DNA of 61,570 bases from a virus: positions 1 through 61,570 of IMG/VR virus record IMGVR_UViG_3300023223_000518; one strand, written 5' to 3'. The notes below the pieces were generated by a model. The model ran no database searches. It had not been told where the DNA came from and saw only the letters and a list, made by a program, of their open reading frames with translations. Position numbers and translations under genes: made by a program. Shown in pieces: positions 43,512-52,329 of the stretch. Each line of letters opens with the position of its first letter. Position 1 is the stretch's first letter.

Positions 43512-43877
43512 ATGTCAAAGAAACAGAAGCAAAAAGCGGCGCGCGGCGAGCAGAAAGTATTTGACGGACACGAGCCACCTTCGATCGGGAAGCTCGATCG
43601 CTTGGTTCGCGCTTGTCACAAGCTCGGCACAGCGAGGTCCGCTGCGCAAACCGACGAGAACAAAAAGCGGCAACTTCTCGAAATTGAGATGGAAGCAAAC
43701 GCGAATGCGATCACAAACGGCGACGGCGATCTCGTCTATCGCGTCGGCAATGTCGTCGCGCGAATGAAGGGCAATCGCAAGTTGTCCGTGAAGACTGAAA
43801 AGCCGGTGGAGCAACCCGCATCCGATTTTGAAGATGAGGGTGGACTCGATGTCTTCGAAGCGGAAGAGAACGCCTAG
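43512..43877 (+). CDS. hypothetical protein (121 aa)
   Basis: Internal ATG of track ORF 43413..43877, preceded by GGAGAAAGCAGATCG. Confidence 0.5.
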   Translation: MSKKQKQKAARGEQKVFDGHEPPSIGKLDRLVRACHKLGTARSAAQTDENKKRQLLEIEMEANANAITNGDGDLVYRVGNVVARMKGNRKLSVKTEKPVEQPASDFEDEGGLDVFEAEENA

Positions 43878-44277
43878 ACAGATCACTTTCGATCTACCGT
43901 TTCCGCCGAGTGTGAATCATTATTACAAGATGGTCATACTTGGAGCCCGCGGCCGGAAACACTGAGAACTTGCATTGAGCGACGCCGGTAAGTTGTACCG
44001 GGATCAATGCATTGTCGCGATCTGGGATCAATTCGGACCCATCACAAAACCACTGCGCCAAAAAGTTCGCATCATCGTCGAAGCGATCGCTCCGGATCGG
44101 CGGGAAAGAGACCTCGATAATTGTTGGAAAGCTCTGCTGGATGCTATCACCGCGGCGAATGTGTGGGCCAGCGATTCGCTCATAAGTGACGAGCGGATGT
44201 TTTGGAGCGGAATCGAGAAGCCCGGCAAGATGATCATAACGATCGAGGAAATCATTGAAGCGGATACGCTGTTCTGA
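43849..44277 (+). pseudogene. rusA: RusA-family Holliday-junction resolvase interrupted by an in-frame TGA (43963-43965): pseudogene, assembly error or recoded
   Basis: N-terminal ITFDLPFPPSVNHYY...RGRKH, then TGA, then in the same frame ELALSDAGKLYRD...RERDLDNCWKALLDAI...DSLI. Both halves match E. coli RusA (ITLPWPPSNNRYY..RGRTHVSAEGQAYRD...RRRDLDNLQKAAFDAL..DDAQV). Confidence 0.65.
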
Positions 44278-44397
44278 TTCTTCGATTGACGCGAGCGAGT
44301 CGAGCCGACAAGATTTCTCCGAACGGATGCCCGCTTTCCGGGTCTGATAACGATCAGCAATGCAAGCGGAGGTCGGCGCTTGTTTCGGGGAACTCAC

Positions 44398-44592
44398 ATG
44401 GATGCTGACGTCTGGCGCTGGATTGCTTTAATCGTGACAATAGTGGCCGCAACGTGGCGGTTGTCGTCGATGCTTGCCGGGATCAGAACTGAACTGGAAG
44501 TGCATCGTGCGCAGATCGATGGTAGGCTGAATGCGCACGAGGAGAAACTGACAGATCATAGTTCAAGGCTCGGCAGATTCGAAAGCGGCTGA
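44398..44592 (+). CDS. small membrane/coiled-coil protein (64 aa)
   Basis: TM helix WRWIALIVTIVAATW. TGATG coupling to the methyltransferase gene. Confidence 0.45.
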   Translation: MDADVWRWIALIVTIVAATWRLSSMLAGIRTELEVHRAQIDGRLNAHEEKLTDHSSRLGRFESG

Positions 44593-45974
44593 TGGCAAAA
44601 AAGAAAGCGAAGAAAGCGCCGGCATCCCGCCCGAAGCGAGTGTCGCTGGATTCGCTGAAGCCGACGCCACGGAACGCTCGCATACATCCGGATCGGAACC
44701 GCTCCGATCTTGCCGCGAGCGTGAAGGAATTCGGAGCCGCCCGATCTGTCGTCATGGATGGCGACGGGCACATTCAAGCCGGAGCCGGCGTGTTGGAAGC
44801 GGCCGTGGAAGCCGGCATCACGGAAGCGATCATCGTACCGGCAGATGGCAAGACGCTTGTGGTCGTCGAGCGCTCCGATCTGAAAGGCAAGCGCGCCGAC
44901 GCATACGGCATCGCCGACAACAAAACCGGCGAGTCGAGCGAATGGAATGAGGACCAACTTCGCGAGACGATGACGGCGCTCGCCGATGACGGGATGGCGA
45001 ACGCCACCGGGTTTGATGAAGCGGAACTCGCCGCGCTCTTCGCGCCGACCGACGTAGTGCAGGATCCAGTTCCCGACCCGCCAAAGACGCCGATAACGAA
45101 GCCGGGTGACCTCTGGATTCTCGGCGATCATCGTTTGCTGTGTGGGGATGCTACGCGGGGGGAGGATGTCGAGCGGGTGATGGGTGGGGAGCGGATCAAT
45201 GTAGCGTTCACATCTCCACCGTACGCGAATCAGCGCAAGTACGATGAGACGAGCGGGTTTAAGCCGGTCGCAGCCGAAGATTACGTCGAGTGGTGGGAGC
45301 CGATTCAGGCCAACGTCGCGGCACACATTGCGGATGACGGTTCGTTCTTCGTGAATATCAAGCCGCATTGCGAGGACGGTGGGCGCGTGCTGTATGTGAT
45401 CGACCTCGCGCTCGCTATGTGCCGGGGTTGGGGGTGGACGCTGATTGACGAACTGTGCTGGAAACGCAAGGGTGTTCCTGGCGGGTGGGAGTATCGGTTC
45501 AAAAATGAGTTTGAGCCGGTCTATCACTTCGCAAAGGAAAAGCCGAAGTGCGACAAGTTCGCAGTTGCGACGCGAGGCACAACGTTCACAGTATCGGCTG
45601 ACAATCGGAAGCGACCCAGCGTCGGCGGTAAGTCGGTGTTCGACTGCAACAGCGAGAACCAAAAGGATGAATTTGAAGGGCTCGTCTTGCCGGGGAATGT
45701 CGTTGAGATCAACGGTGAGACGGAGTCGGAACATAACGCCGCATTCCCCGTTGGGCTGCCAGCGTGGTTCATGACAGCGTTCAGCGCATCCGGCGACAAC
45801 GTCTTCGACCCGTTCGTAGGTTCCGGCACAACCCTGATCGCCGCCGAGCAATTGGGCCGGACGTGCTACGCGATGGAAATCAGCCCCGCGTATTGCGACG
45901 TCTCGGTTAAACGCTGGGAAGCCCTCACCGGGAAAAAAGCAAAGAAAGAAAGAAAAACTCGGAAGCGGCGTTGA
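44592..45974 (+). CDS. ParB-like nuclease domain fused to beta-class N6A/N4C DNA methyltransferase
   Basis: ParB/Srx-like N-terminus (LKPTPRNARIHP...IQAGAGVLEAAVEAG). FTSPPY is motif IV, and it precedes VFDPFVGSGTT (motif I). Confidence 0.8.
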   Translation: MAKKKAKKAPASRPKRVSLDSLKPTPRNARIHPDRNRSDLAASVKEFGAARSVVMDGDGHIQAGAGVLEAAVEAGITEAIIVPADGKTLVVVERSDLKGKRADAYGIADNKTGESSEWNEDQLRETMTALADDGMANATGFDEAELAALFAPTDVVQDPVPDPPKTPITKPGDLWILGDHRLLCGDATRGEDVERVMGGERINVAFTSPPYANQRKYDETSGFKPVAAEDYVEWWEPIQANVAAHIADDGSFFVNIKPHCEDGGRVLYVIDLALAMCRGWGWTLIDELCWKRKGVPGGWEYRFKNEFEPVYHFAKEKPKCDKFAVATRGTTFTVSADNRKRPSVGGKSVFDCNSENQKDEFEGLVLPGNVVEINGETESEHNAAFPVGLPAWFMTAFSASGDNVFDPFVGSGTTLIAAEQLGRTCYAMEISPAYCDVSVKRWEALTGKKAKKERKTRKRR

Positions 45975-46047
45975 CGTGCGGCACGAATGCCGATATCTTA
46001 AATCATGTAAGAGTTACTTCCACACCGCTTAAACAGGACTGACGCAA

Positions 46048-46221
46048 ATGAATCTCGAATCGTGTTACCGATTGTTTTTGTGCGGAATCCGCGGCGATCG
46101 TAAAAGCTGGCGAACAATAATCGAAGTGAATGGGCACAATGTACGCCATGCGATGAAACGCGCTGGCGTCCGTCCATCCAATGTTGTTTCATGGTACAGG
46201 CGAGACGTCTGTCTTATCTGA
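46048..46221 (+). CDS. small Cro/XRE-like HTH protein (57 aa)
   Basis: Below the track cutoff. Lies in a visibly AT-richer gap. NVRHAMKRAGVRPSNVVSWYRRD resembles an HTH recognition segment. Confidence 0.4.
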   Translation: MNLESCYRLFLCGIRGDRKSWRTIIEVNGHNVRHAMKRAGVRPSNVVSWYRRDVCLI

Positions 46222-46320
46222 ACGCCGCGGTGTGTGGAAGTGCCGCTCGACCCGTGCCGGCGATCAGTCCCGCCGGCGCGGGGAGGCGTTTTTCAGGACT
46301 CACCCTAAGGGAGATCGACA

Positions 46321-46512
46321 ATGGATGTTCGCGAAGCGATTCGAACCGCGAAGACGCTGGCCAAGACAACCGACAGCCCGCATACAGTTTGGAGATGCGG
46401 CGACGCCTATGCTGTTAGCGCTGGCGACGACAAGCCCGACCTCGACGCCCATGACGGGCCAGTGCGACCGGTTGCCGGTTATGACCCAGATGGAACGGAG
46501 CATCTCGGATGA
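46321..46512 (+). CDS. hypothetical protein (63 aa)
   Basis: GGGAGATCGAC (46309-46319) lies 1 nt upstream of the ATG. Preferred over the overlapping long track ORF 46181..47419. Confidence 0.5.
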   Translation: MDVREAIRTAKTLAKTTDSPHTVWRCGDAYAVSAGDDKPDLDAHDGPVRPVAGYDPDGTEHLG

Positions 46513-46531
46513 ACATCTGGAGAGATCAACG

Positions 46532-47419
46532 ATGAGAATCAAGTATCTGAAGTGGAACGCGAGCGCTAGTTCGCTCACGATTGTGGACAAGGCCAATGAG
46601 ATCATCGAAGAATACGCGGAACAAGGTTACGACCTCACGCTGCGGATGCTCTACTATCAGTTCGTCTCTCGCGACATGATCCCGAACACTCAAGAGAGCT
46701 ACGGACGGCTCGGCTCGATTATCACGAAGGCCCGCGATTCCGGCATGATCGATTGGGATGTGATCAAAGATAGGGGCCGCTCGCTCTACGGTCACACACA
46801 CTATCCGGACGGAAGCACGTTCGTCAGATCGTTTGCAAATCGATTTCATTCCGATTTGTGGCAAGATCAAGACCGGCGCATTCAAGTGTGGGTCGAAAAG
46901 GAAGCGTTAGCCGATGTCGTCGCGCGAGCAGCGAACGCATGGGACGTAGATTATTTTGCGTGCAAGGGCTATATGAGCGCGTCGTCGATCTGGGAAATGG
47001 GCCGCTGGATGGTTCGCATGGGCGGCGATTGGCTTGTGTTGCACCTTGGCGATCACGACCCGAGCGGCATCGACATGTCGCGCGACATCGAAGAACGGCT
47101 CAGGAGATACACGACACCACTGGATGATGAAGAGCGGCCGAATCTGGAAGTTCGCCGAATCGCGCTCAATATGGATCAAGTTGAACAGTACGATCCGCCC
47201 CCGAATCCGGCGAAAGTCACCGATAGCCGAGCGGAAAAGTACATCGACGAATACGGTGATTCATCGTGGGAACTCGACGCGCTGGAACCGTCTGTGATCG
47301 TCGATCTGATCAGTGAGCATATCGAAGCTGAGATCAGCGATCGTGAGGCATTCGAAGCGCAACAGGAATTCCAATCAGCGACGCGTGAGAAGTTGAGTAA
47401 ACTACGAGTGAGAGTTTGA
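46532..47419 (+). CDS. Top6A/Spo11-like (Topo 'Mini-A'-like) winged-helix + Toprim protein
   Basis: 295 aa. TLRMLYYQFVS matches the Spo11 R-D-I-F-Y catalytic-Tyr motif. QVWVEKEALADVV carries the Toprim Glu. LHLGDHDPSGIDM carries the DxD. The variant motif GGAGAGATCAAC lies 1 nt upstream of the ATG. Confidence 0.6.
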   Translation: MRIKYLKWNASASSLTIVDKANEIIEEYAEQGYDLTLRMLYYQFVSRDMIPNTQESYGRLGSIITKARDSGMIDWDVIKDRGRSLYGHTHYPDGSTFVRSFANRFHSDLWQDQDRRIQVWVEKEALADVVARAANAWDVDYFACKGYMSASSIWEMGRWMVRMGGDWLVLHLGDHDPSGIDMSRDIEERLRRYTTPLDDEERPNLEVRRIALNMDQVEQYDPPPNPAKVTDSRAEKYIDEYGDSSWELDALEPSVIVDLISEHIEAEISDREAFEAQQEFQSATREKLSKLRVRV

Positions 47420-47455
47420 CCGCTTTTCTTTTCTCTTGACCTTGGGAGATCGACC

Positions 47456-49063
47456 ATGGACTACGAACAAGAACCCGACGACAATTATTCCCGACACGAT
47501 CCACTCACAGCGAAGTTCGAAGGGCTGGCCGCGGCCGGCTCCGATCTGGAATTTGAATTCCCACCAGGTGGAGGAGTCGTCATCGTTCAGGGGCCGAATG
47601 GATGCGGGAAGTCAGAGATTTTGCATCATGCTCAAGTGGTGTTATCCGGCGACGGCAAATTGAACAAGCGCGACAAAGCGAAGACCGGCTCTGCGGAGAT
47701 CGCCGGCCGCAAGTTAGTCGTGAAGAAACTCACGCGCACGACTGGCGACCTGGAAGTTGAGGGCGTTGGCGATCTGGACATCGGCGTCCTGCATTCCCCG
47801 GGCAAGATCGATCCGGTAGCGAGTGATTCGATCCGCATCAAAGCGCTCGTGCGGCTTTCGAAAGTGGCCGCGGAGATCGATCAGTTCTACCGGCTCGCCG
47901 GCGGAGAAAAGGCGTTCGACGAACTCGTTGACGCATCGGCTCGCGAGAAGACCGATCTTGTTGAGATGGCCGGATTGGTCAAACGCGGATTCGAATCGGA
48001 AGCGCGCAGACATGCGAAGACCGCCAAGACCGAAACGCAATCCGCCGTCGCGCTCCGCAAATCAATCGAGAACATCGATCTGACCGCTCCGCACGGCTAT
48101 CAACTCCGGCTCGATTGGGAAGCCGCGCACGAAGCGAAGACCCGGATCGTGACGCAGAGGGAGCAATCGGACTCCGCTGCTCCGCTGATCGAATCGGCAA
48201 GGCGAAAACTCGCAGAGTTCGCGGTCAAGGTGAACAGCGAAGCGGATGCGAAAGCGGAAGCGGCCGCGCTAAAGCTTGACGAAGCGGATGAGCAAGTCGA
48301 GCGATGCGAAGCGGCATTGACTTCCGCGAAAACGAAGCGCGCACTCGCGGAAGCGGCCGCGGATGACGCCAATCAAGCGATGCGTCAAGCGGCCGATGCT
48401 AAAAAGGGTTGCGAGGATTTAAACGCGGACATCTCCGAACTCGAAAGCCGGCCCCGCCCCACCGATGATCTGATCTCTCAGGTCGAGTCTAACGCCACGG
48501 ATGCACGGGCTGTATACGATGCTGGAATCTTGATCGATGCCGCTATGGTGACTGCTGCGCAAGCCGCGGAGCATGAATCCAAAGCCGCCGCGATGACCCG
48601 GGATGAATTGCAATGGCGACAGGCTGCGCTTGCCTGTTCGGAGATTCTCGCTGATGCTGTGCGTGAGATTCCGAATTGCCTGCTGACTGTCACAACGACC
48701 ATAGACGGGGATGATCGCTTGACGATCGCGACGCCGCGGAGCGATGAGACGATGTTCAATGACCTCTCTGACGGCGAGCGCTGGGGGCCGATCATTCCGC
48801 TTGCGGCCGGAGCCGATCGCGTGATCGTGCTTCCGCAATCCGCCTGGGAGGGGCTCGACCCGGATAACCGGCAAGTCGTTTACGAGTTGTGCCGGGAGAA
48901 TCATTGCTGGATCGTGACGGCGCAAGCCGCGGCCGGCCAGATGCGGGCCGTTTGCTATGATCCGAATGCGGACATGATCGAATGCGGCCCATGCTCGGAA
49001 GCCGGCGGGGCAGATATGCCTGTCTATCATCTTCCGCCGGAATGCAAAACGATTGAGGTGTGA
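47456..49063 (+). CDS. Rad50/SbcC/SMC-like ABC ATPase with central coiled coil
   Basis: GPNGCGKSE is Walker A. About 250 aa of A/E/K-rich coiled coil follow. LSDGERW is the signature motif, then RVIVLPQSAWEGLD is Walker B/D-loop-like. GGGAGATCGAC (47444-47454) lies 1 nt upstream of the ATG. Confidence 0.65.
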   Translation: MDYEQEPDDNYSRHDPLTAKFEGLAAAGSDLEFEFPPGGGVVIVQGPNGCGKSEILHHAQVVLSGDGKLNKRDKAKTGSAEIAGRKLVVKKLTRTTGDLEVEGVGDLDIGVLHSPGKIDPVASDSIRIKALVRLSKVAAEIDQFYRLAGGEKAFDELVDASAREKTDLVEMAGLVKRGFESEARRHAKTAKTETQSAVALRKSIENIDLTAPHGYQLRLDWEAAHEAKTRIVTQREQSDSAAPLIESARRKLAEFAVKVNSEADAKAEAAALKLDEADEQVERCEAALTSAKTKRALAEAAADDANQAMRQAADAKKGCEDLNADISELESRPRPTDDLISQVESNATDARAVYDAGILIDAAMVTAAQAAEHESKAAAMTRDELQWRQAALACSEILADAVREIPNCLLTVTTTIDGDDRLTIATPRSDETMFNDLSDGERWGPIIPLAAGADRVIVLPQSAWEGLDPDNRQVVYELCRENHCWIVTAQAAAGQMRAVCYDPNADMIECGPCSEAGGADMPVYHLPPECKTIEV

Positions 49064-49127
49064 GGTCGACCGTCCGCTTTTTCGACCGACCCTATGATAC
49101 GATCGACAACCCTACGGAGATCGACCG

Positions 49128-49436
49128 ATGAAACCACAGAGAGTTGTGTTGAAGCGGGTAAAGGGATATCGCAAGCCGGCCAGCGCGCGAGCGGTAACGC
49201 GATCAACATTCTTCGGTAATCCGTTCATCGGTGAAGGCGCGCTCTATTGGTTCCGATACTGGATCAAGCGGCCGCGATTGTCGGTTCTCCAAGTTGAAAC
49301 CGTGATGGAGCGAAGCGCCGGCCGCTATGATGTGCCCCCGGGGCTTGTGTCGCTGTCCTACAAGACACCGCGGCTGAAAGCCGGCGAATATATCCGGCGA
49401 GCCCGAGAGGAATTAAGGGGCAGTCCCTTAGCCTGA
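49128..49436 (+). CDS. DUF4326-like protein (GNPF motif)
   Basis: Contains VTRSTFFGNPF. GGAGATCGAC (49116-49125) lies 2 nt upstream of the ATG. Confidence 0.4.
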   Translation: MKPQRVVLKRVKGYRKPASARAVTRSTFFGNPFIGEGALYWFRYWIKRPRLSVLQVETVMERSAGRYDVPPGLVSLSYKTPRLKAGEYIRRAREELRGSPLA

Positions 49437-49510
49437 TGGTGCCATGAATCGCGTGAGTGTCACGCTGATATTCTAATTGAACTCGTGAATCATACCGAGA
49501 TCGACTGACG

Positions 49511-50227
49511 ATGCCGAGTAAGCGACCACGCAAGGGCCGATGCGGAGCGAAACTCCGAAAGAAGCCCGGGCAGTTCTGTTTGGCGTGGCCGATCCGCGGT
49601 ACGAAGCGATGCCGGCTCCACGGCGGATTGACCCCCTCCGGCTTCGCGTCGCCTCACTTCAGACACGGTAAATATTCACGACATCTCAGCGGTGCATTCG
49701 CTGAAGCATTCGCCACCCGGCTTGATGATCCGGAGTTGCTTTCGCTCCGCGATGATATCGCGATCGCTGATACCCGATTGCTGGAACTCGTCGGGCAAGC
49801 CCAAAGCGATTCGAGCGCGGCGAATTGGAAGCGATGCGGCGAATTGGTTCGTGAGTACGATCGGATCAAAGCAGACACGATCGAAGCGACAGAGAAGTAC
49901 AAGTTGCAGGCTCCGATCATGGTAGAGTTGTGGTCGTTGATCTATGCCGGAGAGATCGCCGAACAGAAATGGGAGGAAGCGAGAAAACAGAATCTGTTCA
50001 AAAGCCGGCTGATCGACTCGGAACGTAAGCGGATGGTCGAGGCCGGGTTGATGATCGCAATCGATGATGCCCGCGGATTGGTTGCGAATTTGTGCCATCT
50101 GATAAGAGATCACGTGCATGACCCTGAAATCCTCACGCTACTTAGCGACGGCATCGCTCGAATTACTGGAGAGCGACGCAACGCGATTGTTGAGGCCGAC
50201 CCCGGAAACGGGAAAGAGCGAGATTGA
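49511..50227 (+). CDS. putative terminase small subunit
   Basis: Basic N-terminus with CGAK...CRLHGG. Directly upstream of and overlapping the large terminase. GAGATCGAC (49497-49505) lies 5 nt upstream of the ATG. Confidence 0.4.
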   Translation: MPSKRPRKGRCGAKLRKKPGQFCLAWPIRGTKRCRLHGGLTPSGFASPHFRHGKYSRHLSGAFAEAFATRLDDPELLSLRDDIAIADTRLLELVGQAQSDSSAANWKRCGELVREYDRIKADTIEATEKYKLQAPIMVELWSLIYAGEIAEQKWEEARKQNLFKSRLIDSERKRMVEAGLMIAIDDARGLVANLCHLIRDHVHDPEILTLLSDGIARITGERRNAIVEADPGNGKERD

Positions 50228-51923
50228 AGCGGCTCGCGCCGGTGACCCGTGGCCGCTCGTCAAACTTCAATGGGGCGATGTGCGCTTCGATCTCGGTCAA
50301 CGGCAATTGATCGAAGGCGTTTGCGATCCGGAGATTCGTGAGGTGTTCGTGAAAGGGAATACCGGATGCGGCAAGGGAGCGGCCGCGGCGGTTGCGATTT
50401 GCCTGTACTTTGCGATCTGGCCCGATGCGAAATGCATCATCACCAGAGACACCGCTGAGACAGCGAAGCGGGTCGCGTTTGGCGAGATTAAAAAGTGGTT
50501 CTTGCGGATGGCGGAGCCGCCCCGGGTCGATCTGCTCAATCCGCTCTCGGAATCGATCAACGACGGGACTGAGCATTTCATCAAGACGGCGAACCCCGAC
50601 TCGGATGAAGGCTTTCACGGCGTTCACTCGGAAGGTGGGCATACGCTGTTCTGGTTTGACGAAGCGACGGCCGCGGCGCTAGAGAGTCGATACAAAGCGG
50701 CCGATACCCAAGCGCAGAAATTCGTAGCGACGGCGAATCCGCGGACGACGGCCGGCAAGTTCCGTGATGCATTCCCGGCGAGCGATACGGATTCGACGCA
50801 AAAGGTGTTGACCGAAAAAGGCTGGCGTTACTGCATTACGATCAGCGGTGAAGATTGCACGAACGTCAAAGAGAAATGCCTTCGAAACCCGATCGCCCCA
50901 ATTGGCGGAATCAAGATCGGCCGGCGGACCTACAAGCATGGTGATCGGCTCGCACCGGATGACTTCGTTCGCGTGCGTGCAATCATCCCAGGTCAGACAT
51001 GCTTCGATGAGTGGAAAGCGCTTGAGCAATCGCCAGACCCGTTCGTGCGGAACGTCTTCGCGTTCGCCAAGTTCCCGGATGAAGACCCAGAGACGGCGCT
51101 TGTGAAGCGGTCATGGACTGCGCGAGCCGGCGAGAGGCATACGAAATGGGGTCGACTGTGGCGGATCGCGAACAAGCGAACAAAGATCCTCAGACCGAAC
51201 CCGCTCCGGAATGTTCAGATCGAAAAGAGCAAGCCGCGAAGACCCGGCACATACATGAGCCTTGCTCGCATGATGCCACTGCAGGCCGGTGGGCTGGACG
51301 TGGCGGCATCTAAGCACGGAGATCATTCGATCCTCACGCTTGGCGGAGATGGCGGCATCCTCGTCCAGCTCGGCTGTCAGTTCGCCGATACTCAGCAAAC
51401 GGTTGATTGGGTGATCGAAACGTGCAAGCGGTATGGCATCGACATTCTGAAGCGAGGATTCCCGATCGGCATCGATTGGGGCGGTGGCTACGGTAACGCC
51501 GTCGGCGATCCGCTCCGCAAGCGTGGCGCTTCGATCATCCGCATCAACAGCAATGCAACTCCGGATGACACTAAACGATTCGGCAACAAGCGGGCGGAGA
51601 TGTACGGCATGTTCGCCGATCGGATCGACCCTGATGGACAGTGGGCGGAATCGCCGTTCGCGATCCCCGATGACCTGGAATTGCACGCGGAGTTGAGCGC
51701 GCCGGAAAAGATATTCATCGGTTACGATGGCGGCAAGTTCAACATAACGCCGAAGACCCGCGGGCAGATGAGCGATTCACTCAAGGCGCGATGGAAGGGC
51801 CAGACGATTCAAGAGAAGTTGGGGCGATCACCGGATAAGGGAGATTCGGCCGTCCTGTTTTACGAAGCGCATCGCCATCGTGGCGTTGACCTGGACGAAG
51901 CACTTGAGATGGGGATGTTTTGA
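50118..51923 (+). CDS. terminase large subunit
   Basis: GNTGCGKG is Walker A. LFWFDEA is Walker B. ATANP is the coupling motif. The C-terminal region is RNase H-like (GLDVAASKHGDHS). The start overlaps the upstream gene by 110 nt. Confidence 0.8.
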   Translation: MTLKSSRYLATASLELLESDATRLLRPTPETGKSEIEAARAGDPWPLVKLQWGDVRFDLGQRQLIEGVCDPEIREVFVKGNTGCGKGAAAAVAICLYFAIWPDAKCIITRDTAETAKRVAFGEIKKWFLRMAEPPRVDLLNPLSESINDGTEHFIKTANPDSDEGFHGVHSEGGHTLFWFDEATAAALESRYKAADTQAQKFVATANPRTTAGKFRDAFPASDTDSTQKVLTEKGWRYCITISGEDCTNVKEKCLRNPIAPIGGIKIGRRTYKHGDRLAPDDFVRVRAIIPGQTCFDEWKALEQSPDPFVRNVFAFAKFPDEDPETALVKRSWTARAGERHTKWGRLWRIANKRTKILRPNPLRNVQIEKSKPRRPGTYMSLARMMPLQAGGLDVAASKHGDHSILTLGGDGGILVQLGCQFADTQQTVDWVIETCKRYGIDILKRGFPIGIDWGGGYGNAVGDPLRKRGASIIRINSNATPDDTKRFGNKRAEMYGMFADRIDPDGQWAESPFAIPDDLELHAELSAPEKIFIGYDGGKFNITPKTRGQMSDSLKARWKGQTIQEKLGRSPDKGDSAVLFYEAHRHRGVDLDEALEMGMF

Positions 51924-52102
51924 TGGCGAAACACTTCGGAAAGACTGTGGACGTCCTTCGGTGCTCGGCGTGCAACGGTCAGTTTCCTGCTGTGCAAGTT
52001 GAGGGGAGAATCAAAGAATGCACGTGCGGAGCCGGATACGAATACCGCTCCGGACGGTGGTTGTGGGTCTACAACAAACGACCTGAGAAAGCGAAACCAT
52101 GA
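51920..52102 (+). CDS. zinc-ribbon small protein (60 aa)
   Basis: Contains CSAC...CTC. ATGA-coupled. Confidence 0.45.
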   Translation: MMAKHFGKTVDVLRCSACNGQFPAVQVEGRIKECTCGAGYEYRSGRWLWVYNKRPEKAKP

Positions 52103-52329
52103 ACCCGAAGAAATTGAAGTCGTGCGAAATGCCGGCCGGCGAGTGTATCGAATTCCTGTATGATTGCTGTCTGATCGGTTACGCGATCAAATTCGGAACC
52201 AAAACGCACGCCGGCTGGTCGGCATGGCGAATCGATGATCACAATACATCGGGGATTCGATTACTGAATCACGGAACCAAGTCGGAAGCGCTGGCGGCGA
52301 TCGCCGAATCGCTTAAGGGATGGGCATGA
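52099..52329 (+). CDS. hypothetical protein (76 aa)
   Basis: ATGA-coupled ORF. Confidence 0.45.
   Translation: MNPKKLKSCEMPAGECIEFLYDCCLIGYAIKFGTKTHAGWSAWRIDDHNTSGIRLLNHGTKSEALAAIAESLKGWA

Noticed and set aside
46181-47419. 412-aa track ORF that would fuse an N-terminal extension to the Toprim protein.
   Set aside because: The N-terminal 117 aa look like non-coding translation (R/G/P-rich) and overlap a better 63-aa ORF in another frame. Motif-marked starts at 46321 and 46532 give two clean genes.
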